Part shown: positions 60,629-64,000 of the stretch, in pieces
How the letters are laid out: each line of letters opens with the position of its first letter
Position numbering within the stretch: the first letter of the stretch is position 1
NCBI GenBank assembly: GCA_963665095.1
Contig: OY762069.1
Location: 4,192,001-4,256,000, forward strand
Length of the DNA: 64,000 bases
DNA from: an uncultured Desulfobacter sp.
GTDB lineage: Bacteria; Desulfobacterota; Desulfobacteria; Desulfobacterales; Desulfobacteraceae
Reading direction: 5' to 3'
Notes under the pieces: generated by a model
The model's input: the letters and a program-made list of their open reading frames with translations, nothing else
What the model was told of the DNA's origin: nothing
Database searches by the model: none
Position numbers and translations under genes: made by a program

Positions 60629-61442
60629 ATATGAATTCATGCGGAATGCCATGGCGGCAGGGCTTCTAACCAGCATTATCTGCGGTATCATGGGCACCCT
60701 GGTGGTGGTCAACCGCATTGTGTTCCTGTCCGGCGGCATTGCCCATGCGGCATACGGCGGAATCGGTATGGCCTTTTATTTTAACTGGCCGGTACTGCCC
60801 TCCACCATGGGGTTTTCCCTGGGCGCTTCCCTGGTCATGGCTGCGGTGACACTGCACAAACGGCACAGGGCAGACACGGTCATTGGGGTGATCTGGGCCG
60901 TGGGCATGGCATTCGGTATCATTCTGGTGGATCTGACCCCGGGATATAACGTGGATCTGATGAGCTATCTTTTCGGCAGCATTCTTACGGTACCCAAATC
61001 AGATCTGTTGATCATGGCAATCATTGGCGCTCTGATCCTTTTTCTGGTCCTCTTTTTTTACAAAGAACTGATGGCGGTTTCCTATGATGAGGAGTTTGCG
61101 GGTCTTAGGGGACTTCCGGTGCGCGGTATTTACTTTTCACTGATTGCCATGCTGGGCCTGACCGTGGTCATGGTGATTCAGGTGGTGGGGCTGATCATGG
61201 TGATTGCGCTGCTCACCATTCCGCCGTTCATGGTGGAAAAATATGCCCGGTCCCTGGGTACTATGATGGCCGGTTCAAGCCTGCTTGGGATTGTTTTCAC
61301 CTTTTCCGGTCTTTATTTATCCTACCGGTTTAACCTTACCTCCGGGGCCTCCATTATCATGGTTGCCGGCACCGCATTTCTGGTTGTTCTGGGCCTTGAA
61401 AAAATCAAAGGATTTATGCCGGCATCCCGCAGGGCATTGTAA
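60615..61442 (+). CDS. znuB: Zinc ABC transporter permease
   Basis: IAHAAYGG, YLFGSIL and FDEEFA-like motifs. Confidence 0.92.
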   Translation: MEILKYEFMRNAMAAGLLTSIICGIMGTLVVVNRIVFLSGGIAHAAYGGIGMAFYFNWPVLPSTMGFSLGASLVMAAVTLHKRHRADTVIGVIWAVGMAFGIILVDLTPGYNVDLMSYLFGSILTVPKSDLLIMAIIGALILFLVLFFYKELMAVSYDEEFAGLRGLPVRGIYFSLIAMLGLTVVMVIQVVGLIMVIALLTIPPFMVEKYARSLGTMMAGSSLLGIVFTFSGLYLSYRFNLTSGASIIMVAGTAFLVVLGLEKIKGFMPASRRAL

Positions 61443-61454
61443 AAGGATCAGACC

Positions 61455-61892
61455 ATGTGCATTCACTGCAATTACAAAGAGATGCTCCAAGATGCGGGTC
61501 TGTCCCCTACCCCGAACAGGTTGCGGGTGTTGGAAATCATCGGCAGCAACAACTTTCCGTTGTCTGCAACAGACATTCATGAAACCCTGGAACGGACCGC
61601 TCCCATCAACCGGGTCACTGTCTACCGCATCCTGGAACTGTTAGTGGAAAAAGAAATTGTGGCCAGGATCGCCACCGGTGGACGGGCCGCCTACTATGGC
61701 ATGGCACCCAACGAGCAGCACAAGGCCCACCCCCATTTCTACTGCACCGAATGCGGGCGCATGGACTGCCTGGAACCCGAAGCCGTCAACATCAATTTCA
61801 ACGCCTTTCAAAACACCTTTCCTGGACGCATTGACAAGTTTGAAATGCGCATAGACGGCATCTGCAGAAACTGCCTCAAAAAAAAGGAATAA
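61455..61892 (+). CDS. zur: Fur family regulator, probably Zur
   Basis: TVYRIL, HPHFYCTECG and GICRNC motifs. Located in the znu operon. Confidence 0.85.
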   Translation: MCIHCNYKEMLQDAGLSPTPNRLRVLEIIGSNNFPLSATDIHETLERTAPINRVTVYRILELLVEKEIVARIATGGRAAYYGMAPNEQHKAHPHFYCTECGRMDCLEPEAVNINFNAFQNTFPGRIDKFEMRIDGICRNCLKKKE

Positions 61893-62099
61893 GTCTCTTT
61901 GCAATTCCAGGGACACAAGATTCGTATTAAACACATCCGGTCTGAAAAACAAAAATACTTTCCAGTCCAGTTGCCGTTCCAAAAGCTTTAATCTCTTTTT
62001 GTGAAAGACGCATATACAAGGGCCGGCCAAAGGGCATCTCTTCTTTTTTACACGCCATAACGGCAAGACACCTCGCCGGGTTTCAGTGGCCTTGCCGCT

Positions 62100-63476
62100 T
62101 CAAAGAACAGGATTTTCCTGTCGCTGGTTACGGCAAAAGGTTTCCGGCATGAACCAGGAGGCTGTTAAGGCCACAAGTCCCAGCCCAAGCATAAGCTTGA
62201 ATCCTGACAGGTAGCCGTCTGCCCCGTAGACTCTGACCCCGTCAACCATGGTGCCGCTCCAGGACTTATCCAAAACCCAGCCCAGCAGGGGCTGAAGCAG
62301 GCTTGTTCCTGCAAAGGCACCGGTATTGACCACACTGACGGACATGCCGGCCAGACCGGGCAGGCTCATCTCCTTGGCAGCGGCAAAGGTGATCACAAAA
62401 CTGGCCCCGGAAAACCCCAGTACGCATAATAGAATCATGGGCCACACCCCGGCAGGAATCCCCATCCGGATCCATACGGCCCAGGCCAGACAATGGGCTG
62501 AAAGCCCTGCCAGCAGTATGGGCCTGCGTCGGCCCAGGCGGTCGGAAATCCAGCCAAAAACAAGTGATCCCACGGCAAAAGCTGCCAGCATGGCTGTCAG
62601 GTGTTTGGCTGCCAGATGGCGTTCCATGCCTGCCACATCCATGAGAAAGGGCGTGGCCCAGAGCCCCATAAAGGCGTAAAGACTGCCGATCATACCAAAC
62701 TGCACAATAAATCCCGGCCACAGGGATCGTTGGGCAATCACCCGGCCCAGCTCCCGTATCCAGCCACCGGCCGGTTCGCCCGCAATGTCATCTGTTTCTC
62801 CGTCAGGGTCTGTATTGCCGGCAGACCCACCGGACCCTACCGGAAGTGCCACCGGTTCAAACCCTAAATCCTGGGGGCGGCTGCGCACAATAAAAAATCC
62901 AGCCACAGCCAGCCCCACGGCCAGACCGCCAAGCCCCACAAAGACCGTCCTGAAAGTCATGTGATCCAAAATGGCTGCCAGGGGGCCGGCAGCAAGAATG
63001 GAACCCAGATTGCCCAGCAGCAGGGTCAGCCCGCTCATGAACCCGTAATGCCGGGGACTGAACCACTCGGCATTGCTTTTCATGATACTGACAAAAATCA
63101 CGGAAACACCCAGACCCACCATGAGCCGCCCGCACCAGGCCAGGGCAAAGGTGGGTGCAAGACCGAAAATGATCGAACCCAGACCTGCCATGGCATTGCC
63201 CGCCACCATGGAAAGCCGGGTGCCCAGCTTATCCGCCACCACGCCGGACGGAATCTGCATGGCGGCATAGACCATGAAATAGGTGGCGGCAAGGGAACCC
63301 AGGGCGGCACCGGTAATCCCGAACGCCGCCATAAGCTCATCCCGCAGCATGCCCGGGGCCATGCGATGGAAATAGACCAGCACATAGGCCAGGATGAACA
63401 ATCCGAAAATCGACCAGCGGGCAGTTTCAAATTTGAACCGGTTCTGTTCCCGGTCTTTTGTTTCAGGCTGTTTCAT
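62100..63476 (-). CDS. MFS transporter
   Basis: YFHR, QIPSGVVADKLGTR and GWISDRLGRRR motifs. About 12 TM segments. Confidence 0.93.
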   Translation of the reverse strand: MKQPETKDREQNRFKFETARWSIFGLFILAYVLVYFHRMAPGMLRDELMAAFGITGAALGSLAATYFMVYAAMQIPSGVVADKLGTRLSMVAGNAMAGLGSIIFGLAPTFALAWCGRLMVGLGVSVIFVSIMKSNAEWFSPRHYGFMSGLTLLLGNLGSILAAGPLAAILDHMTFRTVFVGLGGLAVGLAVAGFFIVRSRPQDLGFEPVALPVGSGGSAGNTDPDGETDDIAGEPAGGWIRELGRVIAQRSLWPGFIVQFGMIGSLYAFMGLWATPFLMDVAGMERHLAAKHLTAMLAAFAVGSLVFGWISDRLGRRRPILLAGLSAHCLAWAVWIRMGIPAGVWPMILLCVLGFSGASFVITFAAAKEMSLPGLAGMSVSVVNTGAFAGTSLLQPLLGWVLDKSWSGTMVDGVRVYGADGYLSGFKLMLGLGLVALTASWFMPETFCRNQRQENPVL

Positions 63477-64000
63477 CAGTACGTTGACACGATGCCGCCG
63501 TCAAAAAGCAGATCACCGCCCACAAGGTATTTGGCATGCCTGGAAAAGCCCATCACAAAGAGGTTGCCCACCTCCACCGGGCTCATCATCTCCTTAACCC
63601 GGGACGCGCCCATCATCACATTGGTCACCACCTCTTCCTCCGTGATCCCCCGCTGCTTTGCCTGGGCCGGAATCTGGCCCAGGGCCAGGGCGGTTTTCAC
63701 AAAGCCTGTACTCACGGTAAAGCCCCGGATTATGCCTGCCCCTTCCGCCGATATGGATTTGGCCAGCCCCAGCAGGGCAAACTTGGCAATATTATATGAG
63801 GGCTTGTTCAGGGTGCAGATATGGGCGTGGATGGAGGCCATGTTGCCGATGGCTCCGCCGCCGGCCTCACGCATCATGGGCATGACCCTGCCGGAGAGAT
63901 AGAACGGGGCACGGACCATGATGCGCTGCATTTTGTCAAACATCTCTATGGGAAACTTGTCAATGGGATCCACATGCTGGATACCGGCAATATTGGCCAG
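63476..64000 (-). CDS. SDR oxidoreductase, 3-hydroxybutyrate dehydrogenase-like (5' end outside the window)
   Basis: NIAGIQHV, NMASIH, YNIAK catalytic motif and FDGG. Confidence 0.85.
   Translation of the reverse strand: MANIAGIQHVDPIDKFPIEMFDKMQRIMVRAPFYLSGRVMPMMREAGGGAIGNMASIHAHICTLNKPSYNIAKFALLGLAKSISAEGAGIIRGFTVSTGFVKTALALGQIPAQAKQRGITEEEVVTNVMMGASRVKEMMSPVEVGNLFVMGFSRHAKYLVGGDLLFDGGIVSTY

Noticed and set aside
1..64000. CRISPR arrays, tRNA/rRNA genes, selenocysteine read-through, intact transposase or reverse transcriptase
   Set aside because: None recognised by eye. Short RNAs could have been missed without covariance searches.

Overview
Bacterial chromosomal window whose gene content and protein families suggest a Desulfobacter-like sulfate reducer (inference). 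Core loci are: tilS-ftsH-folP-cdaR-like-coaX; pyrD-pyrK-pyrE; a complete nqrABCDEF operon; trpBA; mtnA; ahbB; znuA-znuC-znuB-zur; a TAXI-TRAP transporter; three hybrid histidine kinases; and several regulators. An accessory patch at 2.2-8.7 kb holds a zinc-finger pseudogene, a sigma54-type PEP-CTERM gene, a group II intron remnant, a duplicated gene start and a TetR-sulfotransferase pair. Most notable observations: (1) two inverted, ORF-less group II intron derivatives (3749-4191 and 54428-54713) whose EBS1 loops co-vary with their 5' flanks, both placed directly after a shared CACAAnATnTnG box; (2) an NqrA that keeps two intact RnfC-like 4Fe-4S motifs; (3) an M24 peptidase-fold protein missing 3 of 5 metal ligands, lying between a hybrid kinase and an ACT protein; (4) a 57-bp perfect-hairpin mini-MITE with a candidate ATAT target duplication; (5) a CdaR-like gene without cdaA; (6) a probable AUA start for znuC. 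No rRNA, tRNA or CRISPR array was recognised. All family calls come from motif recognition by eye, not from database searches.
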